From Coleofasciculaceae cyanobacterium (GTDB lineage Bacteria; Cyanobacteriota; Cyanobacteriia; Cyanobacteriales; Coleofasciculaceae): a stretch of DNA of 64,000 nucleotides. The stretch spans positions 27,195-91,194 of the forward strand of contig JBATUR010000034.1 of NCBI GenBank assembly GCA_049671305.1, in the 5' to 3' direction. The notes below the pieces were generated by a model. It was not told where the DNA came from and made no database searches. It worked only from the letters and a program-made list of their open reading frames with translations. This document shows, one piece after another, positions 8,713-17,233 of the stretch. Positions within the stretch are counted from its first letter, which is position 1; each line of letters begins with the position of its first letter. The translations under genes were made by a program, and so were the position numbers.

Positions 8713-10473
8713 TTGTCGGCAAACCGCCTAACATTACTTAGGACTATTATTATGGCGCCGAGCGATGATTTCAAAGCACAACTCAAGGCAGGCAACATTA
8801 ACGAAGCCCTGTCCTTGGCTCTCAATGGAGCCGTTGACTTAAAAATTACAACTTGGGTAACCACAGGCGATAAACAAACACTTTCCCAGCCAGGTCATCG
8901 CCTTCGCACCCGTATTAATACAATTGAAGGCAAAGTTGACAACGAAATTGGCGACCAGTTTATTAGTAACGGTCCCTACCGAGAACTACGGCAATTTCAC
9001 CTTGAGCAAGTAAGCCAAGGCAGCGAGATTATTCACAGCAACCTCAAGAGCTTGCAAACCTTATTTGATGTGGTAATTGCCATGCAGTCGGCACAACGCC
9101 GCATTGCCTCCCTGCCTTCGTTTCCGGGGTCTTTTGTCCTTGAGCCATCATCTGATCAGCAGTTGTTGCCAACGGCTCCCGCTCAGACTGATGCTAGTTT
9201 ATTAACTGAGCCAAGTGAAGATGTTGAAGACTTAGCAGCCGTTCCTGACTCACTAAGTGAAGATGTTGAAGAATTAGCAGCCGTTCCTGACTCACTAAGT
9301 GAAGTTGCCACACCTGTGCCTCAGATAGAAGTGCCTGCAACCGTTTCTGGCGTCCCCGCCGCGACTCCACCAGAGGTACTGATAGAGGAAGACGAAGACG
9401 AAGAAGATGATTGGGACGACTCAGTATTAGACTTACTAGAATCCTTGCCAGTCGGACCACCTGAACTAGAGGCGTTGGATGATTCAGAAGAGGAAGACTG
9501 GAGAAACTTTATTGAAGAAGATGATGCGCCTGATCCTGAATTAGATTCGCCTAGCACTGAAGACTGGGGCATCCTCACTGCGGCAGATTTTGAACCGCCA
9601 ACAGAAACAAATCTTGAGTCGCCGAAGCTTCCCGAAGATTTGGGCGAATTAATTAAAGAGGAGCCACTAACTAGTAATTTGGCAACTCAGGATTCGGAAA
9701 AACTGAGTTTTGAGGACTTGCCGTCGCCTACTGAAACACCTGTTGTCATCCCAGAAACCTTAATTCCTGAAGAGGAAGACTGGGGAGATTTAATTGAGGA
9801 CGAAATGCCTGTATTGGCGAATAAACCAGTACCGAGCCTGGAGTCATTAAATCTAGAAGAAGATGAGGAGTGGGATGATTGGGTTGTAGAGTCGGAACCT
9901 CTACAAGATTCATCAATAAGCCGTTTGGAGTCATTGGATGTGGCTGATGATGATGACTGGGATGATTTTGAGGAAGATGCTGATCCTTTTGCCGCAGCGC
10001 CCACTAATTCTGAATTAAACGAAGATGCTGATTGGGATAACTTTTCTGTTGATGAATTGGAACCTTATAGCGGATTGCTGGATTTAGATACTAATGTGGG
10101 AGCAGGTTTTGATTTGTCTGGTAGTTTTGAAGACTTGAATGTTGCCAAGCCCCAAGACAAGGATTACTTAGAGCGCCCACAACAGCAATTCAGCAAACCA
10201 GATGATCAAAATGCTAATGATTTGATGGCAGTTTTCTTTGGGGATGAGCTAGAGCCTGCTGATGCCGAGGCAGCACCTGATCAGAATACAGACAAAACAG
10301 AAGAGGAACTCTTTGCTGATATGCAGTTTGAGGAGTTTTTGGCTAATGGCAACAGTGCCTCGGAGGAGTCTGAGGCTAAGGCTAAGGCTGACTTGGAAGC
10401 ACCTCCAGCGTCTGCTGAGATAATCCTGCCGCCCCCGCCAGATGCAAGTCACTTGCCAAATCAAAATAATTAA
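8713..10473 (+). CDS. Hypothetical protein, paralog B. The N-terminal conserved domain is followed by a ~450-aa polyacidic, low-complexity tail with repeated EEDW/DWDD motifs. The likely start is the ATG at 8752
   Basis: The N-terminal ~135 aa can be aligned with 8120..8611. The remainder is D/E/P/S-rich and contains an internal duplication (EDVEDLAAVPDSLSEDVEELAAVPDSLSE). The minus-strand ORFs inside this gene are compositional artefacts. Confidence 0.55.
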   Translation: MSANRLTLLRTIIMAPSDDFKAQLKAGNINEALSLALNGAVDLKITTWVTTGDKQTLSQPGHRLRTRINTIEGKVDNEIGDQFISNGPYRELRQFHLEQVSQGSEIIHSNLKSLQTLFDVVIAMQSAQRRIASLPSFPGSFVLEPSSDQQLLPTAPAQTDASLLTEPSEDVEDLAAVPDSLSEDVEELAAVPDSLSEVATPVPQIEVPATVSGVPAATPPEVLIEEDEDEEDDWDDSVLDLLESLPVGPPELEALDDSEEEDWRNFIEEDDAPDPELDSPSTEDWGILTAADFEPPTETNLESPKLPEDLGELIKEEPLTSNLATQDSEKLSFEDLPSPTETPVVIPETLIPEEEDWGDLIEDEMPVLANKPVPSLESLNLEEDEEWDDWVVESEPLQDSSISRLESLDVADDDDWDDFEEDADPFAAAPTNSELNEDADWDNFSVDELEPYSGLLDLDTNVGAGFDLSGSFEDLNVAKPQDKDYLERPQQQFSKPDDQNANDLMAVFFGDELEPADAEAAPDQNTDKTEEELFADMQFEEFLANGNSASEESEAKAKADLEAPPASAEIILPPPPDASHLPNQNN

Positions 10474-10490
10474 ACTTAGGGAGGTTGACG

Positions 10491-11357
10491 ATGATTGATA
10501 CCAGATCTCGTAAGGGCAAAGAAATTACGAACTTGCCAGAATCAAATAGTAAACGTTTTACTCCGGGTCTGAATCGCAACCTCAATGAGTTTTTGCAGTC
10601 GTTGGGAGAAGTGCTGATTGATATTACGGCGCTAGAAGTTAATACGATGGTTGTGGAGCGCATTACGGGGGATAAGTTTATTGCTTGGGAGGCGTATCGA
10701 GATATTTATCCAATTTGTGAGGAATATTTGGCACAAGAGGGGGTTGATGAATCTTTACGCGATCGCTATTTGGAATTACGCAAAAATTTAGAATTAGCCT
10801 ACACGCTGATTTTGGCTGATGCGACTTCTGAATTTTATGATCCAACTGTCTTACAATTAGCAACTGAAGAAAAGCAAATTCTCACCGATCCGACGGTAAA
10901 ATGGCAAGAAATTTATACCAGACTTCCTAACCCAACCAGTTCAACAAATTTGACTGAAATCGTCAAGGCTCAAGAGCTTTTGCACAACTGCCGATTTTTA
11001 AGAAGTTTGCGTAAAATTAGTGAACTAAAAGCAGCCTTAGATAATCGTAATCGAGCTTTGCAAAGAAGACAAGATGAGCAATTGTATACGGAAACTGAGG
11101 CGGTAATGGAACCGGTGCTAACAGATTTAATCTATGCTCAAACGATTATTCAGCTTGATGGTGAAATTATTAATCGCTACTCTCAAGAAATTTTTGCTCA
11201 TCCTCATCGTGAGGTGATTTTGGGAATTCATCAACAAGGTGTGATGGCGAGTGAGAAGCAGTGGCGCGGATTGTTAGAGTTTATCATTGGTTTGGTACAA
11301 ACAACGCTGCAACGGGGCGGGGGCAAAAATTCGTCTCCTTGGAATGTTTCTAAGTAA
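10491..11357 (+). CDS. Hypothetical protein; the ATG at 10491 is preferred over the TTG at 10485
   Basis: A GGAGG Shine-Dalgarno sequence lies 7 nt upstream and the gene starts 18 nt after the stop of the upstream gene, which suggests an operon. There are no recognisable motifs. Confidence 0.5.
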   Translation: MIDTRSRKGKEITNLPESNSKRFTPGLNRNLNEFLQSLGEVLIDITALEVNTMVVERITGDKFIAWEAYRDIYPICEEYLAQEGVDESLRDRYLELRKNLELAYTLILADATSEFYDPTVLQLATEEKQILTDPTVKWQEIYTRLPNPTSSTNLTEIVKAQELLHNCRFLRSLRKISELKAALDNRNRALQRRQDEQLYTETEAVMEPVLTDLIYAQTIIQLDGEIINRYSQEIFAHPHREVILGIHQQGVMASEKQWRGLLEFIIGLVQTTLQRGGGKNSSPWNVSK

Positions 11358-11431
11358 ATTATTAAAAATACTAAGATTAAGCGTTAAAAATTAAAGTTTA
11401 TACAATTTTTAAGGTTTAATTTTTAATCATC

Positions 11432-12124
11432 ATGCGGCATCAACCCAATCATTTTAATAACAACAGTTTAGATTTAGAACCATATATTGAATTTGAAAAA
11501 GAGCGCATTAGTCGTCGGCAAGTTATACTACATAGTGTTCACTTTAATTTAGATAAAGATATTCTCCTCAAAATTCAAGAGGCTCAAACTTTAGGATTGC
11601 GGCTTTATATCTCCCGCAAATTGTTAGCAGATTTACGCGAGTATGCTCTAATTAGCTCATGCTTAACTTTCTCTACCTATTATCTACGAGGTGGCGCTCA
11701 AGAAGCTTTAATGCGGAGTGTGATTGTTGCCGATGGCGATGTTTTTAACCAAATTAGAAGTGATTGTTTAGAGCGTCCTAATTTTTGTCGCCAAGTTGCT
11801 TCTGCTCATTACTGGATTATCGCTCAACTGTTGTCTCAGCTACGTTTGGGAGCATTTTTGAGGTTAAATTTGCTGTCTTGGTTACTTGCTTTGTTAATAG
11901 TTATCTTAGTAATTATACCGCTGATTTTGCTGCTAATCAGGGTTAATCTTTGGCTATTATTGCCATTATTGCTAGTTGGTTTGATAGTATTAATAGTATT
12001 ACAAAAATTCTTATTGCCAGTAGTTCGTAATTTAATCTTCCGTCAAATGTTGTCTGGTTTACTCAACAATAAACCGTTGCCAAAAAGGTTTGCTAGAGGG
12101 ATTTTGGCTCGGTTTGTTTCATAG
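11432..12124 (+). CDS. Hypothetical protein with a soluble N-terminal domain and C-terminal transmembrane helices
   Basis: The C-terminal ~70 aa are strongly hydrophobic (LLSWLLALLIVILVIIPLILLLIRVNLWLLLPLLLVGLIVLIVL). Confidence 0.45.
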   Translation: MRHQPNHFNNNSLDLEPYIEFEKERISRRQVILHSVHFNLDKDILLKIQEAQTLGLRLYISRKLLADLREYALISSCLTFSTYYLRGGAQEALMRSVIVADGDVFNQIRSDCLERPNFCRQVASAHYWIIAQLLSQLRLGAFLRLNLLSWLLALLIVILVIIPLILLLIRVNLWLLLPLLLVGLIVLIVLQKFLLPVVRNLIFRQMLSGLLNNKPLPKRFARGILARFVS

Positions 12125-12242
12125 TCTTTATGTAAATGCTCAACTTCTTAATTAAATTTTTAACTAAGAAGTTGCGGCTTTTTTCTGGCATTGCTAATTT
12201 AAGCGAGGTACATTGATTTTTGTGACCTCTTACCCCATTTAA

Positions 12243-12512
12243 CTAACAAACTTCGCCCAACTGACAACGGTGCAAAATCATTTCCCCGTGGTCTGGAATC
12301 CAAACTGTCCATTCTGTGTCAGAGTTTTGGCACAATAATAGTGCTTCGTCGTGACTGTAGGGATTGGGCAGTTCTTGAAGTTTAACCCAGGTAGAAGCTT
12401 GTAGTGGTTCTGCCAGGGTTGTTGACCAATTGAGGGAGGGTAAGCTAGTTTTTGATTGGCTTAAAGCGTGTTTCATCTGGCTGATATCCTTTCCTACCCA
12501 AATTACGCTCAT
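12243..12512 (-). CDS. Small hypothetical protein (89 aa)
   Basis: It is an open reading frame only, with no recognisable motifs, and lies between convergent genes. Confidence 0.3.
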   Translation of the reverse strand: MSVIWVGKDISQMKHALSQSKTSLPSLNWSTTLAEPLQASTWVKLQELPNPYSHDEALLLCQNSDTEWTVWIPDHGEMILHRCQLGEVC

Positions 12513-12627
12513 GCTAAGAACAACTTGGAAAGGTATAAAGAAAAATGTTTCTGTATTTAATGATACAGATTTTTAGGATAGAACCAGTAAATGTTTAATA
12601 ACTTTACGTTTTTTGGTTGGGCGCGAT

Positions 12628-13752
12628 TTAGCGGTTAACTGGTATTGGGGTGGTGTCTGTGGTTTGTGCCACCAGTATGGCTTCTTGTTCGGCTTGTAGC
12701 TTGGGTTTCAGGTAAAGATTTTCTAGCAGCACCGCCGCCCCAGCGACCCAAGGTGGGACAATTAAGGCGCCGATGATGCCTAAAACTTGGGTTCCGCCTA
12801 ATACTGCAAGGAGTTGATACAAGGGGTGTACTTTGACAGAATTACCAACTAGCAAGGGGTCTAGGACGTAGGTTTCCAGATTTTGGATAATTACAAACAA
12901 GAGTAGCGTCCAAAAAAAGGTCAGTCCGCCTTGGGCAATGGCGACAATGAGGGCGGGAATTGCACCTAAAACGGGACCGAAAAAGGGGATTAAGTTGGTG
13001 ACGCCAGCAATTACACCTAAAGCGACGGCAAATTCGCTAAGTCCTAAAACTCTTAAGCCGATGGTAATGGCAATGCCTAAAATTCCTGAAACCAAGACAC
13101 GTCCTTGGATATAGCCGCCCATCCGCTGTGCCACGGGGGCAACTTGGGCTTCTAGGCGTTCATCCCAAGGTTTGGGGAATAAACTGACTAAGCCTTGAAT
13201 CAGGCTTTTTGAGCCGGAAAGGAGATAGCCGGAAAGCACCAATGACAAAATTAAGCTAAAAAAGCCGCCGAGGATACCGCGTGTGACACTGTAGGAACGT
13301 ACTACAAGCTGTTGACTGGAACGAATTAGCCAACCGCTAATGGCTTGGGTGTTAAATAGTTGACGAATGGGGGTGGGGGAATCTGGTCCACCGATGCCGA
13401 AACGTATGATTAGGTTCTCTAGAAGCGATCGCACAATTTCTAAGTAGGCTGGCAGTCTGCGGATCAAGCGCTCAATTTGCTGGACAACTGTGGGACCAAT
13501 TAAAACTCCGACTCCTGTCAAAAGGGAAATTAAGCTCAAATAGACGACGATAACCGCCAACCAACGGGGAATTTGCAGTTTTTGAGCTTTCTCAATAACC
13601 GGTGATAGTGTTGCTGCCAAAACCACGGCAATCATTAAGGTTACGAGCAAACCACGCAACTGCCATAGTAAGACCAACAACAAGCCAATCGAAACAACAA
13701 GCAACAAATTGACCAGGGAAACAGTCAGACGTTGCTTAGGTATTGTATTCAA
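12628..13752 (-). CDS. AI-2E family transporter (PerM/UPF0118 family permease)
   Basis: About 8 TM segments in the arrangement typical of the family, with the characteristic N-terminal LLVVSIGLLLVLLWQLRGLL...VVLAATLSP region. Confidence 0.75.
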   Translation of the reverse strand: MNTIPKQRLTVSLVNLLLVVSIGLLLVLLWQLRGLLVTLMIAVVLAATLSPVIEKAQKLQIPRWLAVIVVYLSLISLLTGVGVLIGPTVVQQIERLIRRLPAYLEIVRSLLENLIIRFGIGGPDSPTPIRQLFNTQAISGWLIRSSQQLVVRSYSVTRGILGGFFSLILSLVLSGYLLSGSKSLIQGLVSLFPKPWDERLEAQVAPVAQRMGGYIQGRVLVSGILGIAITIGLRVLGLSEFAVALGVIAGVTNLIPFFGPVLGAIPALIVAIAQGGLTFFWTLLLFVIIQNLETYVLDPLLVGNSVKVHPLYQLLAVLGGTQVLGIIGALIVPPWVAGAAVLLENLYLKPKLQAEQEAILVAQTTDTTPIPVNR

Positions 13753-13886
13753 CTAAACTGCCTCCTCTTCATAGAATTTACCCTCAAGCTGAACATTATA
13801 AATTTTAGTTTAGAGCAAGCTATCTTTAAATCCAACGTTTTGGGGATTTAGTGATAGTTTGAGTTTTTCAAGCTTCTCAAAATATC

Positions 13887-14723
13887 TTACTCTTTCCCAC
13901 CCGTAAAAGTTACACCTTGAATAAAATAACGATTAAAAAATGCATAAATTGCTAGGGCTGGCAAGGTTAAAACCATTGAGGCTGCCATGATATAGTTCCA
14001 GTAGGTAATATATTGCCCTTTAAAGGTATTTAATCCCAAAGGAAGTGTAAACATTTCTGGGTCAGATAAGATAATTAAAGGTGTCAAAAAGTTATTCCAA
14101 TTTCCCATAAAAATAAAAATAGCTTGTGCGGCTAAGGCTGGTTTAGCTAAGGGTAAAACGATTGAAATAAAAGTTTCCCAGCGACTTAAGCCATCTAATG
14201 CGGCAGCTTCTTCTAACTCTTTGGGAAAACTTATAAAAAATTGTCGCATCATAAAAATAAAGGTAGCATTTACCAGGTTAGGAATAATCAATCCTTGGTA
14301 AGAATTGAGCCATCCCAAAGCTTTTAAAATTAAGTAGCTAGGAATAAGAGTAATTTGTCCAGGTATCATCAAAACAGCTAAAATAAGCAAAAAACAAAAT
14401 CGATTACCAACAAATTTTATTCTTGCCAGCGCATAGCCTGCCATTGAGTTAAATAAAAGATTAAAGCTAGTAACACAAGTGGCAACAAAGATACTATTTA
14501 GTAACCAACGTCCAAATAATGGTTCTTGTATAAATATTTTTTTATAGTTATCTAAAGTAAATTGATGGGGAATAAAATTAATTACTCCTGAACTGATTTC
14601 TTGCAGGGATTTAAAAGAAGCAGAAAGCGCCCAAGCAAATGGGATGAAGGTAATTATTGAATAAAGTATAAGACTGGAATATAAAAGTATTTTTAATAAA
14701 TTAAAGTTGAAGGTTTTAGACAT
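13887..14723 (-). CDS. Carbohydrate ABC transporter permease (MalG-like)
   Basis: A 6-TM permease with the EAA loop (ELEEAAALDGLSRWETF). Confidence 0.85.
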   Translation of the reverse strand: MSKTFNFNLLKILLYSSLILYSIITFIPFAWALSASFKSLQEISSGVINFIPHQFTLDNYKKIFIQEPLFGRWLLNSIFVATCVTSFNLLFNSMAGYALARIKFVGNRFCFLLILAVLMIPGQITLIPSYLILKALGWLNSYQGLIIPNLVNATFIFMMRQFFISFPKELEEAAALDGLSRWETFISIVLPLAKPALAAQAIFIFMGNWNNFLTPLIILSDPEMFTLPLGLNTFKGQYITYWNYIMAASMVLTLPALAIYAFFNRYFIQGVTFTGGKE

Positions 14724-14724
14724 T

Positions 14725-15615
14725 TTATTTTTCCTCTTTAAAGAAACGACGTTGAATAATAGTGGCTATCATAATCACAGCCGCAAGCATCAAAGCTAGT
14801 GCGGCAGCATAACCCATATCTAAACTTTTAAAAGCATACTGATAGATTAGGAGTACAACTGTTAAAGTTGAGTTATTTGGACCACCTGAACCGGCGGAGA
14901 AAATATAAGATTGGTCAAATAATTGGAACGTACCAATTACACCCATAGCAATAATAAAAAAAGTAACTGGCTTGAGTAATGGGATAGTAATTGAAACAAA
15001 TTTATCTAATTTATTGGCACCATCAATTGTGGCAGCTTCATAAAGAGAGGTGGGAATTTCTTGTAAAGCTGCCAGATAAATTACCATGAAAAATGGTGCA
15101 GTTGACCAAATATTCATGAGCATAATTGCTTTTAAGGCTACTGATGGATCACCGATCCAGTTATAAGCAGGTAAGCCAAAAAAGCCGAGAAAATAGTTTA
15201 GTAATCCATTAGAATTATAAATCCACATAAAGATGAGGGTGAGAACAGCCGAGGATGTTACAGTCGGCAGAAAAAAGATTATTCTGAATCCACTTTTTCC
15301 TTTAATTTTGGAATTGAGAATTAAGGCTAAAACTAAAGCTAGTATTGTTTGAATAGGAACAACAATGGCGACATATTCAGCCGTATTTTTTAAGGCAATC
15401 CAGACTCGTTCATCATCAATCATCCTCAAGAAACTTTTGAAGCCAATAAATCGATAATTTAATTCTCCTAAAATTCTCACTTTATGAAAAGCTAGAAAAA
15501 AAGCATAAGCAATTGGCAAAATTACAAAGGTTCCCAACACAATTATTGTGGGAATCATGAATGAGTATCCAGATAAAGTTTCTCGAACACCCTGCTTTTT
15601 CAAAACTATTTTCAT
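14725..15615 (-). CDS. Carbohydrate ABC transporter permease (MalF-like)
   Basis: The EAA loop is YEAATIDGANKLDKF. The stop and start are 1 bp from the neighbouring permease. Confidence 0.85.
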   Translation of the reverse strand: MKIVLKKQGVRETLSGYSFMIPTIIVLGTFVILPIAYAFFLAFHKVRILGELNYRFIGFKSFLRMIDDERVWIALKNTAEYVAIVVPIQTILALVLALILNSKIKGKSGFRIIFFLPTVTSSAVLTLIFMWIYNSNGLLNYFLGFFGLPAYNWIGDPSVALKAIMLMNIWSTAPFFMVIYLAALQEIPTSLYEAATIDGANKLDKFVSITIPLLKPVTFFIIAMGVIGTFQLFDQSYIFSAGSGGPNNSTLTVVLLIYQYAFKSLDMGYAAALALMLAAVIMIATIIQRRFFKEEK

Positions 15616-15643
15616 GATTCACTACCTTGGTATTGAGATTTGT

Positions 15644-16897
15644 TTAACGTGCGGCTTGGATTTCTTTATTGGCAGATCTTTGGGCTTTAAACATAGCAGC
15701 TTGTAAAGACTGTTCGCCAATTAAAGCACTAATAAACTGATTATTAAATTGAAGCATAATTGTTGGCAAATTTTCGCCAGCTTGCCAAATTGTTGCATAA
15801 GCCGAACCTGCAACAAAAGGAGCATATAATTGATTTTGCTCATACCCAAGTTCTGCTAAAACAGATTTACGTGCAGGAAGAGCTAGTCCTTCTTTTGCCC
15901 ATGATTTCATGCCTTCTTTACTGGTTAAATAGTTAAGAAGTTGCCACGCTGCCTCTTTATGTTTAGTTTTTTTGTTCATAACGTAAGCAACTGTATATGC
16001 CATTGTGCCTTTTTTGCCTGCAACATTTGGAATTTCTGCTGTTGCAAAGTCAAGCTTTGGAAAGGTATCTTTTAAGTAAGGAACTGCCCAGCTTCCTTCT
16101 ATTACCATTGCTGCTTTTCCTTGCCCAAAGAGTTCGCTACCGGAATTTGCTCCTAAATCTGAAGGTTGAGCTGATGACTTATCTTTACGGTATTGATCAA
16201 CGATTAATTGCAATCCTTTTAAACTAGGTGAAGTGGCAAAGGCAGCGTTACCATTTTGATCGATTAAACTGCCTCCAAAAGCAGTCATCATAAAGTATTG
16301 TCGAGAAAGATCGGGAGATAATCCTAAACCATATTGTTCATTTCTACCATCTTTGTTTTTATCTAGAGTAAGCTTTTTGGCAGTTTGCCTTAATTCTTTC
16401 CAAGTTTTAGGCGGGGTATTAATTCCTACTTCTTCAAAAGTCTTTTTATTATAAAAAAGTGCAAGAGTTGAGAAGTCTTTGGGTAATCCATAAATTTGAT
16501 TTTCTAATTGAAAAGCTTTAAGTAAGGATGGCTCAAAGTCTGTAATATCAACTTGCTCAGTAATGTAAGAATTCAGAGGTTCTAGCACCTCATATTTCAT
16601 TAACAAAGGTGCTTCAAATGCATCTAAATAAAAGATATCTGGTGCAGCATCTCCAATTAATCGAGTTTTGATGACATCCATGTATTGGTCATTAATAACT
16701 TCATGTTTAACCCGAATATTGGGATGTTCTAATTCAAAGGTTTTTAAGACTTTTGCTAGTAGTTGCTTCTCATTAGGACTACTTTGCCAACCACTAAGAG
16801 TTAGGGTAATTTTGTCTGAAGCTGGGTGGATACAGCTAGTTAAAGTAACAATAATCAATAGCAATAAACTCCAGATGGAGAGGAGTTTTTTCATCAT
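15644..16897 (-). CDS. ABC transporter substrate-binding lipoprotein (family 1 extracellular solute-binding protein, sugar type)
   Basis: It has a signal peptide with a lipobox (LTSC) and a ~400-aa periplasmic binding-protein fold. It is the first gene of the three-gene transporter operon. Confidence 0.85.
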   Translation of the reverse strand: MMKKLLSIWSLLLLIIVTLTSCIHPASDKITLTLSGWQSSPNEKQLLAKVLKTFELEHPNIRVKHEVINDQYMDVIKTRLIGDAAPDIFYLDAFEAPLLMKYEVLEPLNSYITEQVDITDFEPSLLKAFQLENQIYGLPKDFSTLALFYNKKTFEEVGINTPPKTWKELRQTAKKLTLDKNKDGRNEQYGLGLSPDLSRQYFMMTAFGGSLIDQNGNAAFATSPSLKGLQLIVDQYRKDKSSAQPSDLGANSGSELFGQGKAAMVIEGSWAVPYLKDTFPKLDFATAEIPNVAGKKGTMAYTVAYVMNKKTKHKEAAWQLLNYLTSKEGMKSWAKEGLALPARKSVLAELGYEQNQLYAPFVAGSAYATIWQAGENLPTIMLQFNNQFISALIGEQSLQAAMFKAQRSANKEIQAAR

Positions 16898-17233
16898 TTT
16901 CAGTTTTCTACAACAGGTATTAAGTAATTAAACCCCTAATTTATGTGGGTCGAATTTTATGAATGATATCTGTATTAGCTTAAAACTACTTTGCAAAACT
17001 AAATTTTAATGGGAAAATGACCAGTTATTTATTAATTTATAGATCTTATTCTAGCGTTAGTTAGCTCAGGTATGAGGCATTTGACCTAACAAATGTTACA
17101 AAACATCAAATAACCTCTCATGTGTGTTTGTCACTAGCTTTTATATCATCTATAACGTTCCCTAGTGTTTTTGATAATTATATTATTAGTTGCTACAAAT
17201 ATTTGAATAATTATTTTAAGTTTTCTTGATCTT

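Noticed and set aside
9194-10004. Minus-strand ORFs (Ser-rich, Leu-rich) within the polyacidic-tail gene
   Set aside because: They are antisense of a GAA/GAT-rich coding region and reflect compositional bias, not genes.
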